Source of the DNA: Bacteroidales bacterium
Lineage (GTDB): Bacteria; Bacteroidota; Bacteroidia; Bacteroidales; P3
NCBI GenBank assembly: GCA_017455205.1
Contig: JAFTBM010000035.1
Coordinates: forward strand, 2,933 to 66,932
Reading direction: 5' to 3'
DNA: 64,000 bases
The notes below the pieces were generated by a model. That model did no database searches and was not told the origin of the DNA. It was given only the letters and a program-made list of their open reading frames with translations. Of this stretch, positions 1 to 7,584 are shown piece by piece. The translations under genes and the position numbers were made by a program. Position 1 is the stretch's first letter. Each line of letters starts with the position of its first letter.

Positions 1-83
1 GGCCGCCATACCTGGAGCCTCCAGCTCCAGTTCCGCCTCCGCCGCACCGCAGAAGGTTGGCAGTTCATCGAGTCCCGCGCGTC

Positions 84-115
84 GACTTATTGAAAGTCTG
101 TAATAAGTCTTTTTC
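84..115 (+). terminator. Putative intrinsic terminator hairpin closing a GC-rich partial ORF that enters from upstream
   Basis: Perfect 8-bp inverted repeat GACTTATT (84-91) / AATAAGTC (102-109) followed by a T-run at 110-115. It lies exactly at the GC-rich to AT-rich composition break. Confidence 0.35.
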
Positions 116-513
116 CACGGCATAATGAAAAGATATTTTGTCGGATGGATTATTATTCGTAATTTTGCAGCCGAATTTGGACATAGTATAAACGAAATTA
201 TTGCCAATGAAGCATAGCGCATAGATTAGTATGCACATCATAGAATAGAAAAAAGCGAAGTGGCTGAACTCTGGAATCTTTGAAACTTCGACAACTTCAA
301 ATTCCACCCGGGGCAAAGCAACGGCGCTCCCGCTGTTAAGCGTGGGCTTATACGTTGTAATTGGGTGGAAAGGTAGTCGAAGACCTCAAAGATTCCGATG
401 AAAGCGAATGGTGCCACGCTCTTTTTATGTGCATATTTCAAAGTCTGGCACTAACAAAATGGAGAATGCCGATAGCCATCAAGTGGAGGCAAGACGATTT
501 AATACCTATAATA

Positions 514-762
514 ATGAAAAGGAAATCAATGATTTTAGGCGCAATCCTTTGCGTAGCTTTAACAGTTGTATTCGTTGCCTGCAGCAAAACACACAATTGT
601 GAATGCCTTTTAGGATGGAATTATACCGGAGAAACTCATACAATATCAATGGGTGAAGTAGAAAAAGAATGCAGCTCTATCACTTTTAGCGATATTGTTA
701 GCCATGTAGGAGGAGATGCTACAGGTGCATCTGAGTACAGGTGGTCATGCTATGAGAAATAA
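514..762 (+). CDS. Small Cys-rich lipoprotein (82 aa), function unknown
   Basis: Internal ATG of ORF 361..762. MKRKSMILGAILCVALTVVFVAC is a lipobox-type signal, and the short mature part has four further Cys. The upstream part of the ORF has no signal-like features. Confidence 0.5.
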   Translation: MKRKSMILGAILCVALTVVFVACSKTHNCECLLGWNYTGETHTISMGEVEKECSSITFSDIVSHVGGDATGASEYRWSCYEK

Positions 763-790
763 GTTCCTTTCTGTGAATCTTTATTAACCA

Positions 791-826
791 AGCCATTGGG
801 GGTTCATACTCTCCCAATGGCTTTTC
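791..826 (+). terminator. Putative terminator/attenuator hairpin between the small lipoprotein and the MauE-Trx gene
   Basis: AGCCATTGGG (791-800) pairs with CCCAATGGCT (813-822), followed by TTTT. Confidence 0.35.
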
Positions 827-838
827 AAGTTACTTCTA

Positions 839-1729
839 ATGAAAAACATAAATATTCCAAGGGTTCTGAGTATTATCGTAGGAATCGTCTTCATATTTTC
901 TGGACTAGTGAAATTGCTTGACGTTTCTGCATTTCAGAATTTGATAATACAGTATGGACTATCGCTTTTCCAATATCTGGCTCCTCTCATAATACTGCTG
1001 GAGATATTGCTTGGGATGGCCTTATTATTGGGTATCTATCAAAGAATCACGGCCATCGCCACCATTTGCGTGCTTTTGGTTTTTACTGGAGCGTATACCT
1101 ATGGCTACTTGGTTAACTCCGTGGAAGATTGCGGCTGTTTTGGCAGTCTGGTGAAATCCACGCCAGCCCTAACTTACATAAGAAATGTTGTCCTGATAGC
1201 CATGTTGGTTGTTATAGCGTGCCTCGATAAGACTGTTTCTAATACTGTGCCACAGTGGAAAGTGGTTATTCTGTTGTCAGTTATGGTTCCATCCATCTTT
1301 GCCGCAGGAATGTCTTTCAGCATAAAAAGACACTATAAAGACAATCATCCATTCGAGGGAATGAATGTCACGGCAACTCCATTGAAAAAATATGTTGATG
1401 CTGACGGTAAGCGCAAATTGGTATTCTTCATGTCGTACAGCTGTCAACATTGCTGGAATTCGATAGAGAACTACAAGTCGTATGTTGAAAATGGATTTGT
1501 GGACACTGCAGTATGTTATGCCTTAAGTTCCTCCAAGCAACCAAAGTCTGATTCAACGGCTCTTTTCTTCAAAGAATCGTATCCAGAAGTAAACTGCCAA
1601 GAAGTTGTTCGAGATAGCGTACCCTTTATTGAAGCAACTCCTGCTGCTTTCTTCATCGAAGATGGCAGGGTGACAAAAATCGTCACAGGAGGACTTCCTT
1701 CTCCATTTTTATTGTTCCAAGGCAGATAG
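839..1729 (+). CDS. MauE/DoxX-type membrane domain fused to a thioredoxin-like domain (putative thiol-disulfide oxidoreductase)
   Basis: N-terminal half has four hydrophobic helices and a CGCFG motif typical of MauE/DoxX redox membrane proteins. The C-terminal soluble half carries a CxxC motif (SYSCQHCW). Confidence 0.7.
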   Translation: MKNINIPRVLSIIVGIVFIFSGLVKLLDVSAFQNLIIQYGLSLFQYLAPLIILLEILLGMALLLGIYQRITAIATICVLLVFTGAYTYGYLVNSVEDCGCFGSLVKSTPALTYIRNVVLIAMLVVIACLDKTVSNTVPQWKVVILLSVMVPSIFAAGMSFSIKRHYKDNHPFEGMNVTATPLKKYVDADGKRKLVFFMSYSCQHCWNSIENYKSYVENGFVDTAVCYALSSSKQPKSDSTALFFKESYPEVNCQEVVRDSVPFIEATPAAFFIEDGRVTKIVTGGLPSPFLLFQGR

Positions 1730-2025
1730 TCTTGATGTTTTGGCAAAACCTCTATAGTAGAGCAAGATGTTTTCTGTAAAGGAATTGTCATACTATGTAC
1801 TCCACTTGCAAGATTAAGATGATCATGAGGCTTTTCTAAACCCCTTTTATTGAACCGTCGCCGAATGACCGTAGAAGGATCAAGCTTGGATCATAGTCGG
1901 CACAGGATGGAGGCAGTATTTCATCAGAAGATGAGTAAACTGGGAGCAAAACATATAAACGATACCTCTATTGTTCCGATTTTGACTCCAAAGCATCAAT
2001 TTTTGCCAGTATCGGCAAAAAGCTA

Positions 2026-2033
2026 TATCTTTG
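2026..2033 (+). promoter_or_regulatory. Bacteroidota -7 promoter box TATCTTTG upstream of abiEi
   Basis: Matches the TAnnTTTG consensus, followed by CA. It is about 110 nt upstream of the ATG at 2143. Confidence 0.4.
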
Positions 2034-2142
2034 CACCGTGATTTTAACGAAAACTTGCCGAAAGATTGGATTGCTTTCATTTTTTTAATTTTGTCATATT
2101 CAAGAGAAGTTGTATTTTTGCGTCGTCTTTTGATTAAAACAG

Positions 2143-2763
2143 ATGAATTACTTGCAGTTCAGAGAATGGTGGCACAGAGTGGGTTGCTTCAATATCTATC
2201 AAGTTCGGGCGTGGCGTCCGGACTTTGACAGAACCAACATTACCCGCTGGGTAAAGCGAGGCTACCTGTCGAAACTTCGTCAGGATTGGTATGCTTTCAG
2301 CGACCTGCTGTCCGTTCCCGACGCACCTAAGTATGTGGCAGGCGCCATGTACAGCCCATCGTATATCAGTCTTCATACCGCGCTGGCATATTATGGCATC
2401 ATACCCGAGGCCGTTACAAAGATAACCAGCGTCACCTCCCGACGGACCACATCGTACAGCAATACCTTCGGGGAATTCAGTTATCAAACAGTCAAGCCCG
2501 AGCTGTTCTTTGGCTACAAACCCGTAGCTATCCCCACCGGAGGCAGTTATCTGGTGGCACATCCAGAAAAGGCCATTATCGACCTGCTCTATCTTTATCC
2601 ACAGTACAACACAAAAGAGTCTCTGCTCGACCTGCGCCTTGATGAATACTGGATGCAAGAGGACTTGAATCTTGACCGCCTCATGGAATACACACGTCGC
2701 TGCTCTTCGAAAAGCCTCCGGCAACGGATTGATTTACTTGTAAAAACCTATCGAAATGATTGA
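2143..2763 (+). CDS. abiEi: AbiEi-family antitoxin / transcriptional regulator (type IV TA system)
   Basis: About 206 aa with a wHTH-like N-terminus (NITRWVKRGYLSKLRQDWY). It overlaps the downstream AbiEii-type nucleotidyltransferase gene by 8 nt, the typical operon layout. Confidence 0.7.
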   Translation: MNYLQFREWWHRVGCFNIYQVRAWRPDFDRTNITRWVKRGYLSKLRQDWYAFSDLLSVPDAPKYVAGAMYSPSYISLHTALAYYGIIPEAVTKITSVTSRRTTSYSNTFGEFSYQTVKPELFFGYKPVAIPTGGSYLVAHPEKAIIDLLYLYPQYNTKESLLDLRLDEYWMQEDLNLDRLMEYTRRCSSKSLRQRIDLLVKTYRND

Positions 2764-3544
2764 TATAGAGTATCTTCTGGCATTCTACCCGCAAGATGTT
2801 GCTGCGAACAAGGCATTCCATAAGCATATACTGAAAGAATATGTTGAATTGTTGGCATTGGAGTACCTGTCGCGCTCGCCGTTGGCAGAGAAAATTGTTT
2901 TCATAGGTGGCACCAACCTGAGGCTCGTCCACGGGATAGATCGCTTCTCTGAGGATTTGGACTTCGATTGCAAAGGACTTACGGAAGCGGAATTTATGGA
3001 ATTGTCCAATGCCGTTGTGGGGTGCCTTAGAAACAACGGTCTGCGCGTGGAATTGCGCGACAAGGAAAATCCTAATCTTACCGTTTTCCGACGCAACCTG
3101 TATTTCCCGGAGTTGCTGTTCGAAATGGGACTCTCCGACCATCGAGAAGAACGTTTCCTGATGAAGATGGAAGTGCAGGATCAAGGTGTTGCCTACACTC
3201 CCGAGACGGCGCTGATTAACCGATGCGGGTTCTTGTTTCCCATGCCAGTGGCCCCGAAGGATGTGTTGCTCTCGATGAAGCTGTCGGCACTCCTTGCAAG
3301 AGCCAAAGGCCGCGATTTCTACGACACGATTTTCCTTTGGCAGCAGACGTCTCCCAACTACAAGTTCCTCGCCGCCAGATGTGGGATAGGAACACCCGAT
3401 GCGTTGAAGCAGGCATTGGATGAGAAGTTATCGTCCACAGACCTAAAACTGAAACAGCGTGACTTCGAGCACCTGCTCTTCAATACTTCACGCAGTTCCC
3501 AGATACTGCATTTTCGGGAGTTTATAGACGACAAAATACATTGA
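2756..3544 (+). CDS. abiEii: AbiEii/AbiGii-family nucleotidyltransferase toxin
   Basis: FIGGTNLRLVHGIDRFSEDLDFD matches the conserved GGTAL...R.S.DLDF NTase motif of the family. Size and gene order are typical. Confidence 0.8.
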   Translation: MIDIEYLLAFYPQDVAANKAFHKHILKEYVELLALEYLSRSPLAEKIVFIGGTNLRLVHGIDRFSEDLDFDCKGLTEAEFMELSNAVVGCLRNNGLRVELRDKENPNLTVFRRNLYFPELLFEMGLSDHREERFLMKMEVQDQGVAYTPETALINRCGFLFPMPVAPKDVLLSMKLSALLARAKGRDFYDTIFLWQQTSPNYKFLAARCGIGTPDALKQALDEKLSSTDLKLKQRDFEHLLFNTSRSSQILHFREFIDDKIH

Positions 3545-3664
3545 CAGAACTTTTCCCATCAACTTCTTCTGCTGTTTATTTGACGAAGTGGAACTTTGGG
3601 TTGCTGCGATAAAATGTACAACATTTGCCGCAGTTTGTATCTGGGCTGTTTGGCGAATTATTCG

Positions 3665-3672
3665 TACTTTTG
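3665..3672 (+). promoter_or_regulatory. -7 promoter box TACTTTTG upstream of the SDR gene
   Basis: Matches TAnnTTTG and ends 17 nt before the ATG at 3689. Confidence 0.45.
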
Positions 3673-3688
3673 CAAAAATTTTTGAGCA

Positions 3689-4522
3689 ATGAAGAAAGTA
3701 TCTGTATTGATGGGTGCCGGGAGCATTGGCGTGGCCATTGCGCGGCGCGTGAGTGTGGGCAAGCACCTGGTGCTGGCCGACTATAATATTGATAATGCCC
3801 AACGGGAAGCGACAATGCTGGAGAATGCGGGCTTCGAGTGTTCGACCGTCAAATGCGACCTCGGCAGCAAGGAGGACATCATAAAACTCGTGGAGTATGC
3901 TACCAGCAAGGGAGAGGTAACCAATGTGGTCTGTGCAGCGGGTATGTCGCCCTCGCAGGCGCCGGTGGCGGACATCCTGCGGGTGGATCTCTATGGCACC
4001 AGCGTGTTGCTGGAGGAGTTCGGCAAGGTGATCGCCGAGGGCGGCTCAGGCATCGTCATCTCGTCGCAGAGTGGCCATCGCCTGCCCGCTCTGTTGGAGG
4101 AGCTGAACCAGGCCCTGGCCTGCACCCCCTGCGAGGGACTGCTGCAATTGCCGTTCCTCACCGCCATCGACGACACGCTGAAGGCCTACCAGTACTCGAA
4201 GCGCTGCAACGTGCTGCGCGTGATGATGGAGGCCACGCGGTGGGGTAGGAGAGGTGCCACGGTGAACAGCATCTCGCCTGGTATCATCATGACCCCGCTA
4301 GCCAACGACGAGCTGCACGGTCCGCGCAAACAGGGCTACCTCGACATGATCAAAGGCATGCCTGCCCGCCGCGCTGGCACACCCGACGAGGTGGGCGACC
4401 TGGCGGAGTTCCTCATGTCCAGTCGCGGCCGCTTCATCAGCGGTGCCGACATCCTGATCGACGGCGGATGCACTGCCAGCTACCACTACGGCGACCTGCA
4501 GTACCTCAAGGCCACCCACTAA
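3689..4522 (+). CDS. SDR-family oxidoreductase
   Basis: N-terminal Rossmann motif LMGAGSIGVAIA, catalytic YxxxK (YQYSKRC) and SISPGIIMTPLA. Length 277 aa. Confidence 0.85.
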   Translation: MKKVSVLMGAGSIGVAIARRVSVGKHLVLADYNIDNAQREATMLENAGFECSTVKCDLGSKEDIIKLVEYATSKGEVTNVVCAAGMSPSQAPVADILRVDLYGTSVLLEEFGKVIAEGGSGIVISSQSGHRLPALLEELNQALACTPCEGLLQLPFLTAIDDTLKAYQYSKRCNVLRVMMEATRWGRRGATVNSISPGIIMTPLANDELHGPRKQGYLDMIKGMPARRAGTPDEVGDLAEFLMSSRGRFISGADILIDGGCTASYHYGDLQYLKATH

Positions 4523-4619
4523 AGGGGAGTCCACCCCTTCGCCTTAAGGGGTAACCGACTTTCATCGGCGAACGGACGAACCCCGGCAGCAGGTCGATTG
4601 TGGGACGAAAGCTGATACG

Positions 4620-4812
4620 ATGCTGCAGACAAGCAGGCTGATATTCAGACCCTGGCGCGATAGCGATACCAGTTTGCGGTTCAGATGTGCCTCCGCCACC
4701 GAGGTGTGGCCTCGCACCAGCTGACCACAGCACCGAAGCGTGGAGAAGACACCTGGGTTCATTATCTGAACCCTGAGAACCTACATCCTATGGGACAACT
4801 ACTGGTAGTGGA
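4620..4812 (+). pseudogene. Decayed N-terminal remnant of a GNAT (RimJ/RimL-like) N-acetyltransferase
   Basis: Reading from ATG 4620 gives MLQTSRLIFRPWRDSDTSLRFRCASATEVWPRTS*PQHRSVEKTPGFII*. This is collinear with the common GNAT N-terminus L.T.RL.LRPW...D...L..ya.Dp.V.p.agWP.H.SvEes...I. There are in-frame stops at 4722, 4767 and 4807. No acetyl-CoA motif follows. Confidence 0.4.
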
Positions 4813-5032
4813 ATCCCAAAGAAGTGTGTACACTCATCACCCTCATTGTCTACGCCCTGCCGCTGCACCCCACGCTCCTGCACCGACAGCCCGCCTTCTA
4901 CCTCTGCTGTGCACCTGTCTTCTCGAGTGTGGTGATTATTTACTTTGTTGTATATCATCCACTTGAAGGATTATGCACCTACAATCAGCTCCGACGCTTC
5001 ACGGCCCCCGTAACTACCGCATTTCTTGGGCA

Positions 5033-5101
5033 GTTCTTCAATCGTTCTTCAATCGTTCTTCAATCGTTCTTCAATAACCTATTGAAGAACTATTGAAGAA
5101 C
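5033..5101 (+). repeat. Tandem-word hairpin: GTTCTTCAAT(C/A) x4, 5-nt loop, inverted word x2
   Basis: Words start at 5033, 5044, 5055 and 5066. Inverted words TATTGAAGAAC start at 5080 and 5091. The same word and layout occur at 56436-56504. Confidence 0.9.
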
Positions 5102-5306
5102 TATTTGATAATGATTGAGATACGGAAGAGGAAAAATGTGCAGAATGGAGGTCGGGCGGATGAATGGCTGTGGATTAGGTTTTTAGCGACTGCAGGGAGC
5201 GGTGTAGCTTATGGTTGCAAGGCTGCATTCGGGGTGCAAAGCGGTCGGGTGCGGGACGGGAAGGCGGCAGGGAGAAATTTATGAGGTGAGGTATTTGTTT
5301 TTTGTG

Positions 5307-5314
5307 TATCTTTG
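5307..5314 (+). promoter_or_regulatory. -7 promoter box TATCTTTG, candidate promoter of the 5.6-19.1 kb surface operon
   Basis: Matches TAnnTTTG followed by CA. It is preceded by a T-rich stretch and is the only such box between 4523 and 5646. Confidence 0.45.
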
Positions 5315-5645
5315 CATTGCCAATCAGCCGGGTCATTGGCGGGCAAGTGGTGGGTAAGTTCCTTGTCCATTGCATGTTAGTCGGATGGCGGCTGGGTGGC
5401 GGACATAATGAAGAAAGACGCTGCAAGGCGTTTTATCTGCGGCTATCGAATCTCGCAAATTCGTAACCTACCGCGCGATAAAACAAGGCCAGCGCCTATT
5501 GGTATAAAGTATACAGCTCTTGTATCTCTTCATAGCGTGGGCTCGGCATTGTTTGTCCTCGGTAGGAAGGTATGCGAGAACCTCGATAGCAGGATAGATG
5601 ATGGAACATACGTCCCGCGCTTTCTTTATTTTGCCATGAGATGGA

Positions 5646-6302
5646 ATGAATGAAACACACCGAGAGATGAAACAATCAGCTCGAACAATAACGATGGTTT
5701 GGCTTGCGGCGGCTTGGCTTGTGACAGGCTGCGTGGGTGAGACTGACGAGACCATTTTGCTGCCCGTGCGGGTGAGGGATATCCCCGAGAGCGTGCTTCC
5801 TGCCGAGATGCAGGAGGCATTGGAGCAGCAGATGCCTATCTACCGTGGCGACAGGCCGGCGCGGATTGAGGGTGCGTATGTGCTTTCGCCGGTGAAGTTG
5901 GTCTATGCCTCGGATGGCTACCAGGGGGATTTCTACGACATCGACTGGGAGGCCTCGGAGCTCGACTGGTGGAACAGGTGCATCTTCCGCGAGCGTCAGG
6001 GTGGGGCAGAGGGCGAGGGTCAGGAAGCGTGGGTGATTGGCACGGCGGAGGGGTTTACACTCTACACCGTCGAGCAGATGCACGATGACGAGGCTGGGTG
6101 GGACTGCTTGGTGGTTACGCTCGTCTCGGGTCGAAAGACCGACCGTGGCATCAGCGGTTTACGGTGGGCGGTGGTGATGCACGACAAGCGCGATGCCGAG
6201 GGCTTGCTGGTTGAGCCCGACACTTGGCGTGTCTTTGCCGATGGCGATGGGGTGGCTTCGGTGGTGGGTAGTAGCAAATCTCAAACCGAGGGTGGCCTAT
6301 GA
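5646..6302 (+). CDS. Hypothetical lipoprotein
   Basis: Signal peptide plus lipobox (MVWLAAAWLVTGC). The start may be an internal Met at 5667 or 5694. The stop overlaps the next start as ATGA. Confidence 0.6.
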   Translation: MNETHREMKQSARTITMVWLAAAWLVTGCVGETDETILLPVRVRDIPESVLPAEMQEALEQQMPIYRGDRPARIEGAYVLSPVKLVYASDGYQGDFYDIDWEASELDWWNRCIFRERQGGAEGEGQEAWVIGTAEGFTLYTVEQMHDDEAGWDCLVVTLVSGRKTDRGISGLRWAVVMHDKRDAEGLLVEPDTWRVFADGDGVASVVGSSKSQTEGGL

Positions 6303-7039
6303 GAGTCAAGGCAGCATTCTGGATGGTGGCGGCACTGCTGGTGGCAGGCACTGCCGATGCACAGTACAGCTTGCGCAGACCCAAGCTGCAGGCATTCGCC
6401 ATCGGGGCACGGCTGGGCGGCGAGCTGGGCAGCATTAGGCTGGACGATGAGGCCTACGACATCTACTCCGCGCATCCCCGCGTGGGAGCCTCGGCGGGCC
6501 TTTGGATGCAGTGGCGGACGCCAGCGGGGGTGGCCTTGCGACCCGAGGTGATGTGGGCGATGCGTGGAGGCAGTCTGGAGTGCCACGAGGTGGCCTACAG
6601 CGTGCAGGCGCAGCAGGTAGTCATACGGCTTGGCACAGCCTATCATCTGCCCATCGAGCGGCAGCTGACCTCGTTCTATGCGGTGGTGGCTCCCGAGGTG
6701 GCTATGCTGGTGGGTGGACGGGTGAACTATAGCGATGCGCACATCGGCGAGGTTGGCATGGCCATCAATGCCTCCGACCACCGCCCCGTGGAGGTGGGGC
6801 TCTACTTCGGGGCGGGGGTGGATTATCCACTGACGGCGGGTAGCCGCTTGCTCTACCTGCAAGCTGAAATGGGGTATCGGGTGGGCCTAACCAGCACCTT
6901 CCCCGAGCGGCAGGGCTCCACGGTGCTCAACCCTACGCTCACGCCGCAGGGCATCTTCGGGAGCCGCACCACGGGCGGCTTCGAGCTGGCAGTGCGCCTC
7001 GGCATTCCCTTTGGTGGGGAATTCAAAATCAGACGATAA
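6299..7039 (+). CDS. Outer-membrane beta-barrel (porin-family-like) protein
   Basis: Signal peptide ending ADAQ, alternating hydrophobic beta-strand pattern, aromatic residue near the C-terminus (GGEF). About 246 aa. Confidence 0.6.
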   Translation: MRVKAAFWMVAALLVAGTADAQYSLRRPKLQAFAIGARLGGELGSIRLDDEAYDIYSAHPRVGASAGLWMQWRTPAGVALRPEVMWAMRGGSLECHEVAYSVQAQQVVIRLGTAYHLPIERQLTSFYAVVAPEVAMLVGGRVNYSDAHIGEVGMAINASDHRPVEVGLYFGAGVDYPLTAGSRLLYLQAEMGYRVGLTSTFPERQGSTVLNPTLTPQGIFGSRTTGGFELAVRLGIPFGGEFKIRR

Positions 7040-7054
7040 ACACATTCAACCGAA

Positions 7055-7555
7055 ATGAAGAGAATAGCGATGCTTTTGATGTTGGTGGCCTTGCCTGGTG
7101 CGTCGGCCTTGGCCCAGTGGGCGTTTCCCTCGCTGGGTGGAGACGAGTATTCCCCGCAGGGTGGCTTGAGCCTCAGCGTGGGGCAGATAGCGGTGCAGTG
7201 GGCCAGCGAGAAAGCCGTCTCGGTGCAGCGCCGCACCCTGTCGGTGCAGGAGGGGGTGCAGCAGACCTACCCGATGGAGGAGCTGGTCATCGCTGGAGTC
7301 GATGAGCCTGACTTCACGGTGGAGCTCTTCCCCAATCCCACCGAGGGGCAGCTCTCTGTCGTGCTTGGTGGGCAGCCCGCTATGCCTGTGCGCCTTGAGC
7401 TGCTTTCTATCGAAGGGCGCACCTTGATGGAAGCCGACTTGGGCTCCGACCTGCGGAGCGAACTCGACCTCTCCGCCTACGCTTCGGGCAGCTACCTGCT
7501 GCGGGTGAAGGATGCCGTGGGGCAACGCCTGTTCAAGATAGTCAAAATAAGATAG
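7055..7555 (+). CDS. Mini T9SS cargo: about 70-aa SVGQ...GVQQ module plus a type-A C-terminal sorting domain
   Basis: Signal peptide. The C-terminal ELFPNPTEGQLSVVL...GSYLLRVKD...KIVKIR is a typical Por_Secre_tail CTD. Confidence 0.75.
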   Translation: MKRIAMLLMLVALPGASALAQWAFPSLGGDEYSPQGGLSLSVGQIAVQWASEKAVSVQRRTLSVQEGVQQTYPMEELVIAGVDEPDFTVELFPNPTEGQLSVVLGGQPAMPVRLELLSIEGRTLMEADLGSDLRSELDLSAYASGSYLLRVKDAVGQRLFKIVKIR

Positions 7556-7584
7556 CACAACCGATGACAATACTTACTCACAAG

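Noticed and set aside
65-316. 83-aa ORF on the minus strand (TTG start) and a 30-codon plus-strand ORF at 126-218 in the AT-rich leader region
   Set aside because: The ORF 65..316 runs through the terminator hairpin into the GC-rich upstream gene end. It has no good start context or recognisable features. The small plus-strand ORF is too short to support. A TAATTTTG box at 170-177 was noted, but no gene could be tied to it.
1730-2142. Looked for an integrase or transposase remnant between the MauE-Trx gene and abiEi (ORFs 1516..1791, 1850..2041, 1880..2080)
   Set aside because: None of the six-frame translations resembles recombinase or transposase motifs that I recognise. The region is left unannotated.
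4722-4724. TGA at a conserved Trp position as evidence for TGA=Trp recoding
   Set aside because: TGA is used as a genuine stop by many confidently called genes in the window (for example the M23 peptidase, the PASTA protein and the 49744 gene). The GNAT frame also contains a TAG and lacks its 3' half, so it is a pseudogene.
5396-5653. 85-aa ORF in the leader of the fibre operon
   Set aside because: It has no signal, motif or family resemblance. It overlaps the start of the lipoprotein gene, and its composition is not protein-like by eye.
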